Positions 1-10,474 are shown, numbered from the stretch's first letter. The stretch is 57,938 nucleotides of DNA from an uncultured Bacteroidales bacterium (GCA_964410015.1 CAYPFV010000002.1:1-57938), one strand, 5' to 3'. Notes: generated from the letters alone by a model not told the origin. Numbers and translations are program-made.

Positions 1-2
1 CC

Positions 3-188
3 CTTGAGCAAAGCTATCTGATAGAGCAAATGAGTTTTGCACAGTGGTGTTCATTACAACCCAATGTTGTGATGGCAACCACCCTCGAAATTCCTTATTC
101 GCACGTGATGGGCACCACCATATCAAAAGAAAACCTTCGCCAATTTGGCAGATCTGTTATGAATAGTTTAATTCAATCCCGTCAATAA
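3..188 (+). CDS. 3' end of an unidentified CDS entering from the left edge (partial)
   Basis: Frame 3 is open from nt 3 to TAA at 186-188 (...LEIPYSHVMGTTISKENLRQFGRSVMNSLIQSRQ*). No family recognised from 61 residues. Confidence 0.35.
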   Translation, partial: LEQSYLIEQMSFAQWCSLQPNVVMATTLEIPYSHVMGTTISKENLRQFGRSVMNSLIQSRQ

Positions 189-234
189 CATGGTTTAATC
201 AACTGGGAGAAACCAACCTCAAAAAACAAAATTC

Positions 235-364
235 TTCATCTGTTTATAATTAGATTAAACAGGTTAGATGGAGCCCGCCAAAACTCCGGTTTTGTGTTTT
301 GTCCCAACCACGAAATCAATTCATCCGCGTGTGTGTCAATAATATTGTCATGGATCGGATCAAC
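235..364 (+). repeat. Intergenic repeat unit, copy A (about 125-nt family)
   Basis: TTCATCTGTTTATAATTAGATTAAAC..GATGGAGCCCGCCAAAACTCCGGTTTTGTG..ATTCATCCGCGTGTGTGTCAATAATATTGTCATGGATCGGATCAA. Aligns along its full length with copies at 37902-38034 and 57801-57938 (reverse). Confidence 0.9.
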
Positions 365-511
365 TTACCATAGATTTAAAAAAAATTCTTACATTTGAAT
401 ACAGAAGACAGAAAAATATATAAATGGAAGACAAAACTAAAAGGCAGATAAGAATCTTATCATCCATATTCCATATTATCTTTTTTTAAAAATCAATTAA
501 ACATTCAAATT

Positions 512-1594
512 ATGATATATAAGCACCAGGAACTGAAAAAACCAGGTTGGATAGAAAAGATATTCAATAAACTGCCCAATGAAAACGCTATCATAAAGAT
601 CAATAACCTGCTGGCAGAAGCAGGTCAGAATATCCATCAAATATCTATTGATAACATTGTGGATATTGGAAATACATACCGGGTTGACCTGAAAAAAAAA
701 TTTAAAGAAGAAAGAAAATCACTCTTCAGACAATATTTACTGCATTGCCTGAAAGATAACCACCTCGACCCGGAAGAGATCAACACGCTCTGGCATTTAA
801 AGAATATTTTAATGCTCAATGAAAAAGAGGTAAGTCAGCTGATGAATGACGAAACACAGATCGCCTACGAAGAAAATTTAAAAAATGCCATGCAGGATGG
901 CAAACTTACCGTTGGAGAAAAAAATAAACTTGAAAAACTTAAACGAAACCTTTTGATCTCAGAATCCACAGCAGAAGAAATATACGACCGGAATGCCAAA
1001 GAAGTCTTTGAATATTTACTCGATGAAATGATTGCTGATGAAAGACTTTCGCCTGAAGAGGAAAATCACTTGAATGAAATTGCCCAAAGCCTGGGTCTGA
1101 AAATACATTTCACCGATCAAACCCAAAAAACACTCGCACGATACAAACTTTACTGGCAAATTGAGAACGGTGAACTGCCGGTTTTAGAACCCGACATTAA
1201 AATTCAAAAATCCGAAAATTTATATTTTACAACTTATGTTGACTGGCAGGAACAACGAAAAGTAACCAAAAGATACAACTATGCAGGTCCTACTGCGCGC
1301 ATCAAAATCGCCAAAGGTATTTACTACAGAATAGGTAGCATAGGCATACAACCTGTTTCCAAAGACCTTTGGCGCACCATTGATTCCGGGCAAATATACC
1401 TGACCAACAAGCGACTGATCTTTATGGGGGTTAAAGGTAACAAAACCATCAGACTAAACAGGATACTTAATATCGAACCTTTTCAAAATGGCGTAGATAT
1501 ACAAAAAGACACAGGTAGAAGTCCCTTTCTTCGGTTCTCTGATAATACTGATATTTTTGCACTGATCTTATTAAGACTTCTGGAAGATGCTTAA
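512..1594 (+). CDS. Hypothetical protein: three TerB-like L(D/S)PEE..L helical repeats plus a C-terminal bacterial PH/GRAM-like domain
   Basis: 360-aa ORF with ATG start. Internal repeats LDPEEINTLWHLKNIL / LTVGEKNKLEKLKRNL / LSPEEENHLNEIAQSL. The C-terminal segment IYLTNKRLIFMG..IRLNRILNIE resembles YokE-like PH domains. Domain calls are by eye only. Confidence 0.7.
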   Translation: MIYKHQELKKPGWIEKIFNKLPNENAIIKINNLLAEAGQNIHQISIDNIVDIGNTYRVDLKKKFKEERKSLFRQYLLHCLKDNHLDPEEINTLWHLKNILMLNEKEVSQLMNDETQIAYEENLKNAMQDGKLTVGEKNKLEKLKRNLLISESTAEEIYDRNAKEVFEYLLDEMIADERLSPEEENHLNEIAQSLGLKIHFTDQTQKTLARYKLYWQIENGELPVLEPDIKIQKSENLYFTTYVDWQEQRKVTKRYNYAGPTARIKIAKGIYYRIGSIGIQPVSKDLWRTIDSGQIYLTNKRLIFMGVKGNKTIRLNRILNIEPFQNGVDIQKDTGRSPFLRFSDNTDIFALILLRLLEDA

Positions 1595-1641
1595 AACCCT
1601 GAGCGCATATTCTGTAATCTGTTATTTACAAACAAACCCTT

Positions 1642-1674
1642 ACCTTTATTTTCAATAAAAAAATAAGGTTTTTG
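1642..1674 (+). terminator. Possible weak intrinsic terminator after the 512-1594 gene
   Basis: AU-rich imperfect hairpin CCTTTATTTT-CAAT-AAAAAAATAAGG followed by TTTTTG. Confidence 0.3.
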
Positions 1675-1766
1675 TTATTTTTGTACCGGAGAAGAAAACC
1701 TTTCATTGAAGGTGATTTTTTTATTGCACATTTATTTATTTATTCATTCTAAAAACATACGTAAAA

Positions 1767-3134
1767 ATGAACAAAACTTTATGGATTGCTTTAGCACTGA
1801 TATGCATCAATGCTGCCTATGCACAAAACAACTGGCAATATATTTTTAACGGGGAAAATCTCGATGGATGGGAAAGACTAAACGGAACAGCAGAATTTTC
1901 TGTCGAAAGCGATAGTATCCTTGTAGGAACCTCTAAACTGAATACGCCCAACACTTTTCTTGCTACGGAAAAACTATACACAGATTTTATTCTGGAATTT
2001 GAAGTAAAAGTAGACAATGAACTGAATTCGGGTGTACAGATCAGAAGCAACAGTTTTGATTCGTACAATTCCGGGCGCGTACACGGCTACCAGGTGGAAA
2101 TCGATCCAAGCCCACGTGCATACAGCGGTGGTATTTTTGACGAGGCGCGCAGGGGTTGGATGTACCCTCTGGCAGACAATGAACCAGGCAGAAATGCTTT
2201 CATGCAAGGGGGATGGAATCACTTTCGGGTAGAGGTTATCGGGAATTCTATCAGAACATGGATAAACGGACAAATGTGCAGCAACCTTGCAGACGATATG
2301 ACCAGTGAAGGTTTTATTGCCTTGCAGGTACACAGCATCAGCAATCAGGAACAGGTTGGAAAACAGGTGAAATGGAAAAACATCAGAATTATGACTACAG
2401 ACCTGGAAGAAAACCAATGGCCGGTTGATCCTGACGTTAGGGAAATTAGTTACCTGGTAAACGAACTCACTGAAAACGAGATCAGAAAAGGATGGAGACT
2501 GCTTTGGGATGGCGAGACCACCAACGGCTGGATCGGTGCCAAACTAGACCATTTCCCTGAAAAAGGATGGGAGATCAACGATGGTGTTCTGACTATTTTA
2601 GCTACCGACGGCGGTGAAGCCACCGGCCCAGGCGATATCATCACTGAGGATATGTTCGCTGATTTTGAACTGGAACTGGAATTTAAATTTACAGAAGGCG
2701 CCAACAGCGGCATCAAGTACTTTGTAGACGCCGAACTTAACAAAGGGCCCGGATCAGCCATTGGATGCGAATTCCAGATTCTCGATGATCAAAGACACCC
2801 CGACGCCAAAAATGGTGTAAATGGTAATCGTACACTTTCCTCCTTGTATGACCTCATAGCAGGTGAGATTCTTACAGCCGGAAACGGGGTAAACAAAAAT
2901 ACCGATACCTGGCACAAAGCAAGAATTGTGTCTAAAAACGGTAAAGTAGAACATTGGCTCAACAATGAAAGAATGGTGGAATACGACCGTTTCTCACAAA
3001 TGTTCAGGGCATTGGTTGCCTATAGCAAATATGCCAAATGGGAGGATTTTGGTCAGTGGGAACAAGGACATATACTGCTGCAGGATCATGGAGACACCGT
3101 CCATTACAGAAGCATTAAAATTAGAGAGTTTTAA
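1767..3134 (+). CDS. Secreted protein with two DUF1080 (3-keto-disaccharide hydrolase-like, concanavalin-type) domains
   Basis: Signal peptide MNKTLWIALALICINAAYA. Two copies of the DUF1080 pattern (FNGENLDGWE...GYQVEI...FRNIRI and LWDGETTNGW...EFQILDD...YRSIKIRE). Confidence 0.85.
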   Translation: MNKTLWIALALICINAAYAQNNWQYIFNGENLDGWERLNGTAEFSVESDSILVGTSKLNTPNTFLATEKLYTDFILEFEVKVDNELNSGVQIRSNSFDSYNSGRVHGYQVEIDPSPRAYSGGIFDEARRGWMYPLADNEPGRNAFMQGGWNHFRVEVIGNSIRTWINGQMCSNLADDMTSEGFIALQVHSISNQEQVGKQVKWKNIRIMTTDLEENQWPVDPDVREISYLVNELTENEIRKGWRLLWDGETTNGWIGAKLDHFPEKGWEINDGVLTILATDGGEATGPGDIITEDMFADFELELEFKFTEGANSGIKYFVDAELNKGPGSAIGCEFQILDDQRHPDAKNGVNGNRTLSSLYDLIAGEILTAGNGVNKNTDTWHKARIVSKNGKVEHWLNNERMVEYDRFSQMFRALVAYSKYAKWEDFGQWEQGHILLQDHGDTVHYRSIKIREF

Positions 3135-3162
3135 AAAAAATTAGAGATAAACCCTGAAAGAG

Positions 3163-3250
3163 AAAGTCGTTTTACCTAAAAGATATTGAAAGTAAACGGT
3201 TTAATACCGGAATATTTGAACTTTATAAGTTTCGTAAAACGACTTTTTTT
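3163..3250 (+). terminator. Long-range hairpin plus T-tract downstream of the DUF1080 gene (terminator-like)
   Basis: AAAGTCGTTTTAC (3163-3175) pairs perfectly with GTAAAACGACTTT (3234-3246) and is followed by TTTT. The loop of about 58 nt is unusually large for a terminator. Confidence 0.3.
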
Positions 3251-3382
3251 CTGCTTGGTAACAATTCAGATTTTTATCATATCAATTTGATGAAAGCGTC
3301 ACGATGGAACACCCATGTTGCTGATTTTTTTATCAATGTGTTTGTGTTTAAAAAATATGGGTGTTGCATTCCACTTTCCCAT

Positions 3383-5173
3383 TTATCTGTTTGTCCAGCG
3401 TGTTTTTTTCAACAACCACTGATTTTCTTCCCTTGTTAAATGAGGTGATAAATTTTCAAATACTTTATTATGGTATCTGTTCAACCATTCCATTTCTTCT
3501 TCCGAAAGCATATCTGTATCTATTAATTCCAATTCAAAAGGAAAAAGAGTAAGGGTTTCAAATTGCAAAAATTTCCCCTGATTATTTTTTCCATCTTCTT
3601 TCACCACAATCAGATTTTCTAACCTGATTCCATATTTTCCTTCAGGATAGTAGCCAGGTTCATTACTTTGAAGCATACCTGCAAGCAATGGTTCATCTAT
3701 AGCAGTATTGGGCGAAATTCCCTGCGGACCTTCATGCACATTCAAAAAATATCCCACGCCATGACCGGTACCATGCCCATAATTTTTCCGTTTCTGCCAC
3801 AAAGGGCATCTGGCAAGTGCATCTAAATGGAAACCCTTGGTTCCTTCAGGGAAAACAGCCAAAGACAACCGGATCAATCCTCTCAAAACAAGGGTATAAT
3901 CTATAATTTCTTCTTCGCCTGGTTCTCCGGTGAATATAGTACGGGTGATATCGGTTGTCCCATCCAGATACTGACCACCCGAATCAATCAACAGCATTCC
4001 GTTGCTGTCTATCTGATAATCTGAGCCTCTTTTAGCATTGTAGTGCACGATAGCACCATGATCCTTAAAACCTGCTATAGTAGGAAAACTATTTCCCACG
4101 TAACCTTGCTGATCAGAGCGAAAACGGGTAAGTTGCTCACCAATATCCGATTCTGAAATCTCTTCTTTGCCTATACCTGCCTCAAGCCAACGAAAGAATT
4201 TCACAAGAGCGATCCCGTCTTTAATCATGGCATTTTTGATCTTTTCAATCTCTCCAACGGTTTTACATGCCTTCAAACGGGCAGGAATACTGATCTGATC
4301 CATTATTTTTACATGAGAAGGAATACAAGTAAATATATGACTGGAAACTTTTGCAGCATGCAGAGATATACTGCTTTGCAAATCCAAATTCCCCAAAAAT
4401 TCATCTATCTCATCATAAGGTTTTATTGTGATCCCATCACCCTCAAGTAATTCTTTCAAAGCAGGTTTTACTTTATTCTCATTGACAAACAACAATGATT
4501 TCACCTGTGAAACCACAGCATAAGCAACAAAAACCGGATTATATTCAACGTCATTACCCCTCAAATTAAATAACCAGGCAATGTCATCCAACGAAGTAAG
4601 TAGTTGATATTGAATCCCTTTTTCACTCATTTCCTTTCTTACTTTTGTCAGTTTTTCTGTTCTGGGGATAATGGCATATTCTGGTTCGTGCTCAAATACA
4701 GGGGTTTCACTCAAACCGGGTCGATCCTGCCAAATGGAAGATACAAAATCGAAACCTGTATTCAGCAAAATGCCTTTCGGGGAAAACACCTCTTTCATTT
4801 TCTCTACCAGGGCATGCGAAAATATTTTCCCATCGCATCCTACTTTGCTTTCGGCAGGAAATGTATTTGCAATCCATTCAATATACTCCGGGGCATAGGG
4901 CACTTTTAATTTAACCAGTTCAATTCCACTATCAGACAATTCCTGTTCTGCCTGGATAAAATATCGCGAATCAGTCCACAATCCGGCAAAGTCCATTGTA
5001 ATGACTAATGTACCTGCAGATCCTGAAAAACCAGATACCCACTCCCGCACTTTCCAATGATCGGGTAGGTATTCACTCTGGTGCGGATCGGTAGAAGGTA
5101 TAATATAAGCATTCAGTTCATTATCTTTCATTTGATGCCTGATGGATGCAATTCTTTCGGGGATGGTCTTCAT
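3383..5173 (-). CDS. Aminopeptidase P family (Xaa-Pro aminopeptidase, peptidase M24)
   Basis: 596 aa. Creatinase-like N-terminal region and an M24 metal-binding signature HGTGHGVGYFLNVHEGP...NEPGYY, plus a C-terminal M24_C-like tail. Confidence 0.9.
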   Translation of the reverse strand: MKTIPERIASIRHQMKDNELNAYIIPSTDPHQSEYLPDHWKVREWVSGFSGSAGTLVITMDFAGLWTDSRYFIQAEQELSDSGIELVKLKVPYAPEYIEWIANTFPAESKVGCDGKIFSHALVEKMKEVFSPKGILLNTGFDFVSSIWQDRPGLSETPVFEHEPEYAIIPRTEKLTKVRKEMSEKGIQYQLLTSLDDIAWLFNLRGNDVEYNPVFVAYAVVSQVKSLLFVNENKVKPALKELLEGDGITIKPYDEIDEFLGNLDLQSSISLHAAKVSSHIFTCIPSHVKIMDQISIPARLKACKTVGEIEKIKNAMIKDGIALVKFFRWLEAGIGKEEISESDIGEQLTRFRSDQQGYVGNSFPTIAGFKDHGAIVHYNAKRGSDYQIDSNGMLLIDSGGQYLDGTTDITRTIFTGEPGEEEIIDYTLVLRGLIRLSLAVFPEGTKGFHLDALARCPLWQKRKNYGHGTGHGVGYFLNVHEGPQGISPNTAIDEPLLAGMLQSNEPGYYPEGKYGIRLENLIVVKEDGKNNQGKFLQFETLTLFPFELELIDTDMLSEEEMEWLNRYHNKVFENLSPHLTREENQWLLKKTRWTNR

Positions 5174-5481
5174 AAGTAAATTTTATTCGTTTCTAATTTT
5201 TATATAATTGTTCTTTTTTTACTTAAGGCAAAAATATAAATCATTGATTTTTCAATTTCCAATTCATGAATATAACTTTCGTATTCAAATTCCATTAATT
5301 TTTATATGAATTATACAACCATAAATAATTCCCTTCTGATTTTTTGTAAGTAGCAAAAGATGAATAATATCTATTAAAAAACTGAGATGGCGAATATAGC
5401 ACACTCAGATTCCCCGAAGTTACAATTTTCAATTCAAACATGTAACATCTTAAGGGCAATACTTTTTTCAGATAAAAATAT

Positions 5482-8400
5482 TCAGGGTGCAACAGAAACC
5501 TTCTGAAGCATTTGGTTAACAATATCGTGCTTATGTTTTTCTACATTTAAGTGGTCAGGCATTATATGTAATGCCCTTTCTAATGAAAAACCCATCATCT
5601 GGCTCAACCAGGGCGAATTCATAAGCACAGGCATTTCCCTCATCAGAATATTACGAGCCACAGGATGTGCAATCAGTTCTGCTATTTTATAATCCGTGGA
5701 TAAATTCACAGTAAGCAGATTTTCCTCTTGCTTTTCGTCAAAAGAGTATTCTTCAAAACCCAATGCTGAGTAGGTGAAAACATAGTTCCCAGATCCTGTT
5801 TTGACGATTACATTCCCATCTTCTTCTCTGATTTCGTCTGCCAGTTTGCTTCGCAACAAAGTTACATTGTTCATATTAACAAGTGAGGCAATGGCATTGG
5901 GTAAAACGATGGTAGCATTTGTGTTGGCCGGTATCACAACTTCAAGTTCGAAGGTTTTATCTGTAAGATTCCATTGTGAAAGAACCCTGCCGTAGGGTGT
6001 ATTTTGAAAAGCCCTGGCATGGGTAATTCCACCTCCGGGATTTGGCGATATATTAATGGTTTTGTATGCAGGGGCGGTATGTTTTATACCGGCAATTTCG
6101 CGGTACATCCATTCTGCTATGGCACCGTAAGCGTAGTGATTAAATGAGTTCATTGCAGGGCTTTGGAAAGTGCTGTCGGGTTTTATTCCATCCCAGCGTT
6201 CCCAAATGGTGGTAGCACCCATTTTAACTGGATAAAGCCATGAGGGATAACGGGTTCTCAAAAGAAGATCATACGCCTCTTTTTCGTATCCAAATTCACT
6301 CAATACATGATTCAAATGAGGAGTACCCAAAAAACCTGTTGTAAGATGTCCGCGTCTGCGAACATCATTTACCAGATATGCGGTAGCATCTTTACGTCTG
6401 TTTTCCGGTAGCAAATCGAACTGAAGTGCCAAAAGATAGGCAGTTTGCGTATCGGAGGTAAGGCGACCATTAGGGGTGACAAACTCTTTTCTGAATGCAT
6501 TCTTCACATTTTCGTATAAAAAAGTAAAATACTCTTTATCTTCTTGTATATTGAGAATCTCAGACATTTTCAACGCCAGATGTGTAGAATGGGCAAAATA
6601 TGCCGTAGCAATAAGATCGGTATGGGTATAAGATCCTGCATAATCGGGGCGATCAATCGTGGCATAAGCCAGCCAATCACCAAAATGGTAATCACCCGTC
6701 CAGATATACGGGTCGTCTTTTAAGGCGGCGCGTCCCCGCATATATTCAACCCACTTCTTTACAGATTTGTATTGCTTTTTAAGCAGAAGGGTGTCGTTGT
6801 AAGCCTGAAAAACTGACCAGGTAACAACTGCAGCAGCATCGCCCCAGCCTGCTGCACCTGCAGCATTATCACCCAAAACATTCGGTATTACATGGGGAAC
6901 AGCACCATTCTCCAACTGATCTGCGCTAAGATCATCTAACCATTTCTTTAAAAAAGCAGCTGTGTGCATTTGAAGACTGGCCGTATTGGCAAAAACCTGG
7001 ATATCGCCAGTCCAACCCATCCTTTCATCGCGCTGAGGACAATCAGTGGGTATTTCCAGGAAATTACCTTTCTGCCCCCACACGATATTATGTTGCAACT
7101 GATTGATCAAGGGATTCGACGATTCAAAATGCCCGGTTGGTTCCATGTCTGAATGGATCACCATGCCTGTAAAGTCATCCGTATTAAAATCTCCCGGCCA
7201 ACCACTTACGGCAACATATCTGAATCCCTGAAAGGTAAACCGGGGTTCCCACTCTTCCAAACCTTCACCCTTTAGAACATAGGTATTGAGCTGGTCCGCG
7301 CTGCGCAGATTAGCTGTATAGAAATTCCCCTGTTTGTCGAGGGTTTCAGCATGCCTTAATTCAATCTTAGTACCTTTTTGTGCTGAAACTCTGATTTTCA
7401 TCCATCCTATCATATTTTGTCCCATATCCAGTACAGTATCTCCTGCAGGGGTTACAAACCATGAAACAGGTTTCAGTTCCTGTATTTTTTTTACCGGAGG
7501 CGATTGCCAGGCTATAAGCTTTTCCATAGGAATATCTTCTGCTACTTTTACCTTTTGCCAGTCTCTGTCTTTAAAACCTGGTTTGCTCCATCCGGGCATT
7601 TCTAAACGTGCATCGTAATATTCACCTTTGTAAATGTCGGACTTACGGATTGGACCTTGCAATGCTTTCCAGTTTTCATCAGTACCGGTAGTCAGGGTAG
7701 AACCATCTTCGTAAGTGATGTGTATCTGAGCGATAAATGCCAGTTTTTCACCGTAATAGTTCCTTTGATCTTCCCATCCTAAAAAACCACGGTACCATCC
7801 ATCGGCCAGGTAAGCGCCCACGGCATTCTCGCCCATTTGCAGAAAGTCTGTTATATCATAGGTCTGGTAGGGTACTCTTGATGCGTAACTGGTCCATCCC
7901 GGCGTAAAAACCTGATCACCAACGCGTTTGCCGTTTATTTCAATCTCATACAATCCGTGAGCAGAAGCATACAAACGTGCCGATTGTATTTCTTTTTTAC
8001 TTTTAAATACTGACCTGAATTGTGTTACCGGCTGAGATGAGGCAGTATCTTCATCAAAAGGAGTTTGTATCCATTTGACTTTCCATTCAGATGGGTTGAG
8101 CAAACCGGTCTCAAAAAATGATGCTTCACTCCATACTGAACTATTGCCATGATTATCCTGCACTTGTACACGCCAATAATAGCGGGTTTGACTCTCCAAA
8201 GGAATGCCCTGGTACTGAATATGGATCGATTGGTCTGAATACTCCCTGTCTGTATCCCAAACTATTTGACGATCATTTTGAAATTCCGGATCTTTGGATA
8301 CCTGCAAATGATATGAAGTTTGCGTGGTATTATTCATATTGCTTCTCATGATCCACGAGAATCTGATATCATCTCCACCAGTGCCCATAGGATTTTTATG

Positions 8401-8526
8401 ATAGTTGATCTTTAATTCATCAACTTCAAGGCTTTGTCCAGGGTCTGAAGTTTTAGGTAAAGAGTTGGAAAACAATGAAAAACAAGAAATAACAACCAGT
8501 GGTAGAGAAATGAGCATTGCTTTCAT
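5482..8526 (-). CDS. Alpha-L-rhamnosidase, glycoside hydrolase family 78
   Basis: GH78 N-terminal pattern (YHLQVSKDPEF.., ARLYASAHGLYEIEINGKRVGDQVFTPGWTSY) and a six-hairpin catalytic region (PTDCPQRDERMGWTGD). Start set at the internal MKAMLISLPLVV signal peptide; the ORF is open up to 8583. Confidence 0.88.
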   Translation of the reverse strand: MKAMLISLPLVVISCFSLFSNSLPKTSDPGQSLEVDELKINYHKNPMGTGGDDIRFSWIMRSNMNNTTQTSYHLQVSKDPEFQNDRQIVWDTDREYSDQSIHIQYQGIPLESQTRYYWRVQVQDNHGNSSVWSEASFFETGLLNPSEWKVKWIQTPFDEDTASSQPVTQFRSVFKSKKEIQSARLYASAHGLYEIEINGKRVGDQVFTPGWTSYASRVPYQTYDITDFLQMGENAVGAYLADGWYRGFLGWEDQRNYYGEKLAFIAQIHITYEDGSTLTTGTDENWKALQGPIRKSDIYKGEYYDARLEMPGWSKPGFKDRDWQKVKVAEDIPMEKLIAWQSPPVKKIQELKPVSWFVTPAGDTVLDMGQNMIGWMKIRVSAQKGTKIELRHAETLDKQGNFYTANLRSADQLNTYVLKGEGLEEWEPRFTFQGFRYVAVSGWPGDFNTDDFTGMVIHSDMEPTGHFESSNPLINQLQHNIVWGQKGNFLEIPTDCPQRDERMGWTGDIQVFANTASLQMHTAAFLKKWLDDLSADQLENGAVPHVIPNVLGDNAAGAAGWGDAAAVVTWSVFQAYNDTLLLKKQYKSVKKWVEYMRGRAALKDDPYIWTGDYHFGDWLAYATIDRPDYAGSYTHTDLIATAYFAHSTHLALKMSEILNIQEDKEYFTFLYENVKNAFRKEFVTPNGRLTSDTQTAYLLALQFDLLPENRRKDATAYLVNDVRRRGHLTTGFLGTPHLNHVLSEFGYEKEAYDLLLRTRYPSWLYPVKMGATTIWERWDGIKPDSTFQSPAMNSFNHYAYGAIAEWMYREIAGIKHTAPAYKTINISPNPGGGITHARAFQNTPYGRVLSQWNLTDKTFELEVVIPANTNATIVLPNAIASLVNMNNVTLLRSKLADEIREEDGNVIVKTGSGNYVFTYSALGFEEYSFDEKQEENLLTVNLSTDYKIAELIAHPVARNILMREMPVLMNSPWLSQMMGFSLERALHIMPDHLNVEKHKHDIVNQMLQKVSVAP

Positions 8527-8929
8527 TTTCAAGGAATTAGCAGTAAAAAAAGTAGAGAAGATAAAAATTGTCAGTGATGGCATGTAAAGTTAAGCAATTT
8601 TGAAAATTCAACCTTACGTATCATTCACTTCCCTCGAAAATCTGAACAATCTTTGTTTTTTTATGAGAATAAGATAAAAAACTATTGATTGGATGTAAGA
8701 CAAATAATTGGCAGAACTCTGGTTTGACCAAACTATTCCGGATGATTTTCCATACTTTTAAATGTCTATCGGTTGTATACGCCCGGTTTTTGTGTAATAA
8801 CTGTTTTAAAAATATTTTGAAAAAGAATTTATCGCTATACACCAACCGGCAAAAGCAACAGTTACGCGTTTTGAACAAAAAAGATAGCACAACCCGGGAA
8901 GGGTCTTAGCTGGTCTGTTAATACAAAAA

Positions 8930-10345
8930 TTATTTATTTTTCATTTCCTGCTCAATAATCTGTTCAGCTTGTTCAATATTAATATTTTTGGCAAGAATCT
9001 TTTTGTCTTCATCCAGCAGGAACAAAAGAGGTGTAGCATATATGTCGTATTTATCACGAAAGCCGGACTGATTGTAAGCATCATTTACATTGATCCATCC
9101 GGTAAATTCATTTTCATTGATATAATCAATCCATTTTTCTCTGTCTGCCTCACCTTCTGTATTTACAGCGAATACTTCAATGCCTTTGTCCTTCATTTTA
9201 TCGTAATACTCTTTAATTTTGGGAGTTTGCTTTTTACAATGCCCGCACTCTGTATCCCAGAAATACAAAAGGGTAAACCGGGCATCCACCGAATGTAGGT
9301 TTATTTTTGAACGATCGGGTTTGAATACTGAGATATCGGGTGCTTTCTTTCCCAAAAGAATCGGTTTGAGTACCATAGCCCGCTGGGCTAATTTTTCCAC
9401 TTGTTCATCGGTTGCCCAATCGGCTTTTCCTGCCATGTAATAATTTTCCACCATGTGTACAAAAACCGCATCCATTCCCATGATCTGCGACCGTTCGAAG
9501 GTGTTGGTGATGTAAAACAAAGTATACTTATAAACTTCAGGATGTGCCTCTGCTTTTTCCATCATACGGTCTGCTTCCGCTATAATACTGTCAGGTAGTT
9601 GTATGACCACACGTGTAAAATACTGATCGAGTTTGGCATGATACATTGGTGTTCGCAGCAAACGATCATCAGAAAAATCAATATTTGACCAGAAATTTTC
9701 TTTAAATATCTGATACATCATTTGATTATCGGGTGTACCATCTTCTTTTACCGGAGTATCAGGAAGTGGTGGTTCCTGCTGGGCAAGCAATATTTTACTA
9801 AATAAACCATCCGGGTTTTCCTCTATGATCTCATTCTGGTAGGCTTTCACTTCCCTGTCCTTTTCCTGTAGCTGTTGCTGAATGTTTTGTTTTTCTTCTT
9901 CCGGTGTATTTTCATCATTTACTTTTTCCATCAGGGGCGCCGTATCCTGGTTTTTCTCTCTCAAAAACTGCATATAACGATAAAAAACCTCATTTTCGGG
10001 AGAGTTTTCAAATTTCATACTACCTACAAGATTATTATTATCTGCCCGGATATTAAAATTCTGATTGTCATCAACCAAAATCTCGAAGTATTTTTGCCCT
10101 GGTAATACAATCAGGTACATACCCTTATCGAGAAGTGTATCTCCGGAAAAACTAAAATTGCCCTGCATATCAACATTCACAGTATCATGAACATACTGCT
10201 GATTGCCATAATGGTAAGCTAATAAGGCAGTAGTGTCTGCAACACCCTCTATCTGAACATTGATCTGGTAATCTTTGCCTGCAAGGGCGAAATTTCCAAT
10301 CAAAACAACCAATACAAAAGAATAAAACAACTTTCTAAGTACCAT
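8930..10345 (-). CDS. TlpA/AhpC-like thioredoxin-fold thiol:disulfide oxidoreductase with a long N-terminal extension
   Basis: C-terminal FTLLYFWDTECGHCKKQTP (CxxC) thioredoxin fold. Signal peptide MVLRKLFYSFVLVVLIGNFALA; the ORF is open up to 10372. Confidence 0.85.
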   Translation of the reverse strand: MVLRKLFYSFVLVVLIGNFALAGKDYQINVQIEGVADTTALLAYHYGNQQYVHDTVNVDMQGNFSFSGDTLLDKGMYLIVLPGQKYFEILVDDNQNFNIRADNNNLVGSMKFENSPENEVFYRYMQFLREKNQDTAPLMEKVNDENTPEEEKQNIQQQLQEKDREVKAYQNEIIEENPDGLFSKILLAQQEPPLPDTPVKEDGTPDNQMMYQIFKENFWSNIDFSDDRLLRTPMYHAKLDQYFTRVVIQLPDSIIAEADRMMEKAEAHPEVYKYTLFYITNTFERSQIMGMDAVFVHMVENYYMAGKADWATDEQVEKLAQRAMVLKPILLGKKAPDISVFKPDRSKINLHSVDARFTLLYFWDTECGHCKKQTPKIKEYYDKMKDKGIEVFAVNTEGEADREKWIDYINENEFTGWINVNDAYNQSGFRDKYDIYATPLLFLLDEDKKILAKNINIEQAEQIIEQEMKNK

Positions 10346-10474
10346 AAAAAAAATGTTTATTGATATTTCCAATTAATTAATTTTCTGACCTGGATTTTAA
10401 AACGTATTTTTCCAACTTCTTGTTTTGTCTGATATTTTATGTGTTTATATTACCAATAAAATACATAAGCTAAT

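Noticed and set aside
8690-8790. Possible additional decayed copies of the 125-nt repeat (around 8690-8790, 28871-28975, 41695-41828 and 46040-46170)
   Set aside because: Only short patches match the consensus by eye (for example GGCAGAACTCTGGTTTG, CAAAACTGGGTTTAT, TTTTTCGGTTCAAT, GGCATAGAAAAGTGC). I could not align them convincingly without software, so they are not counted as copies.
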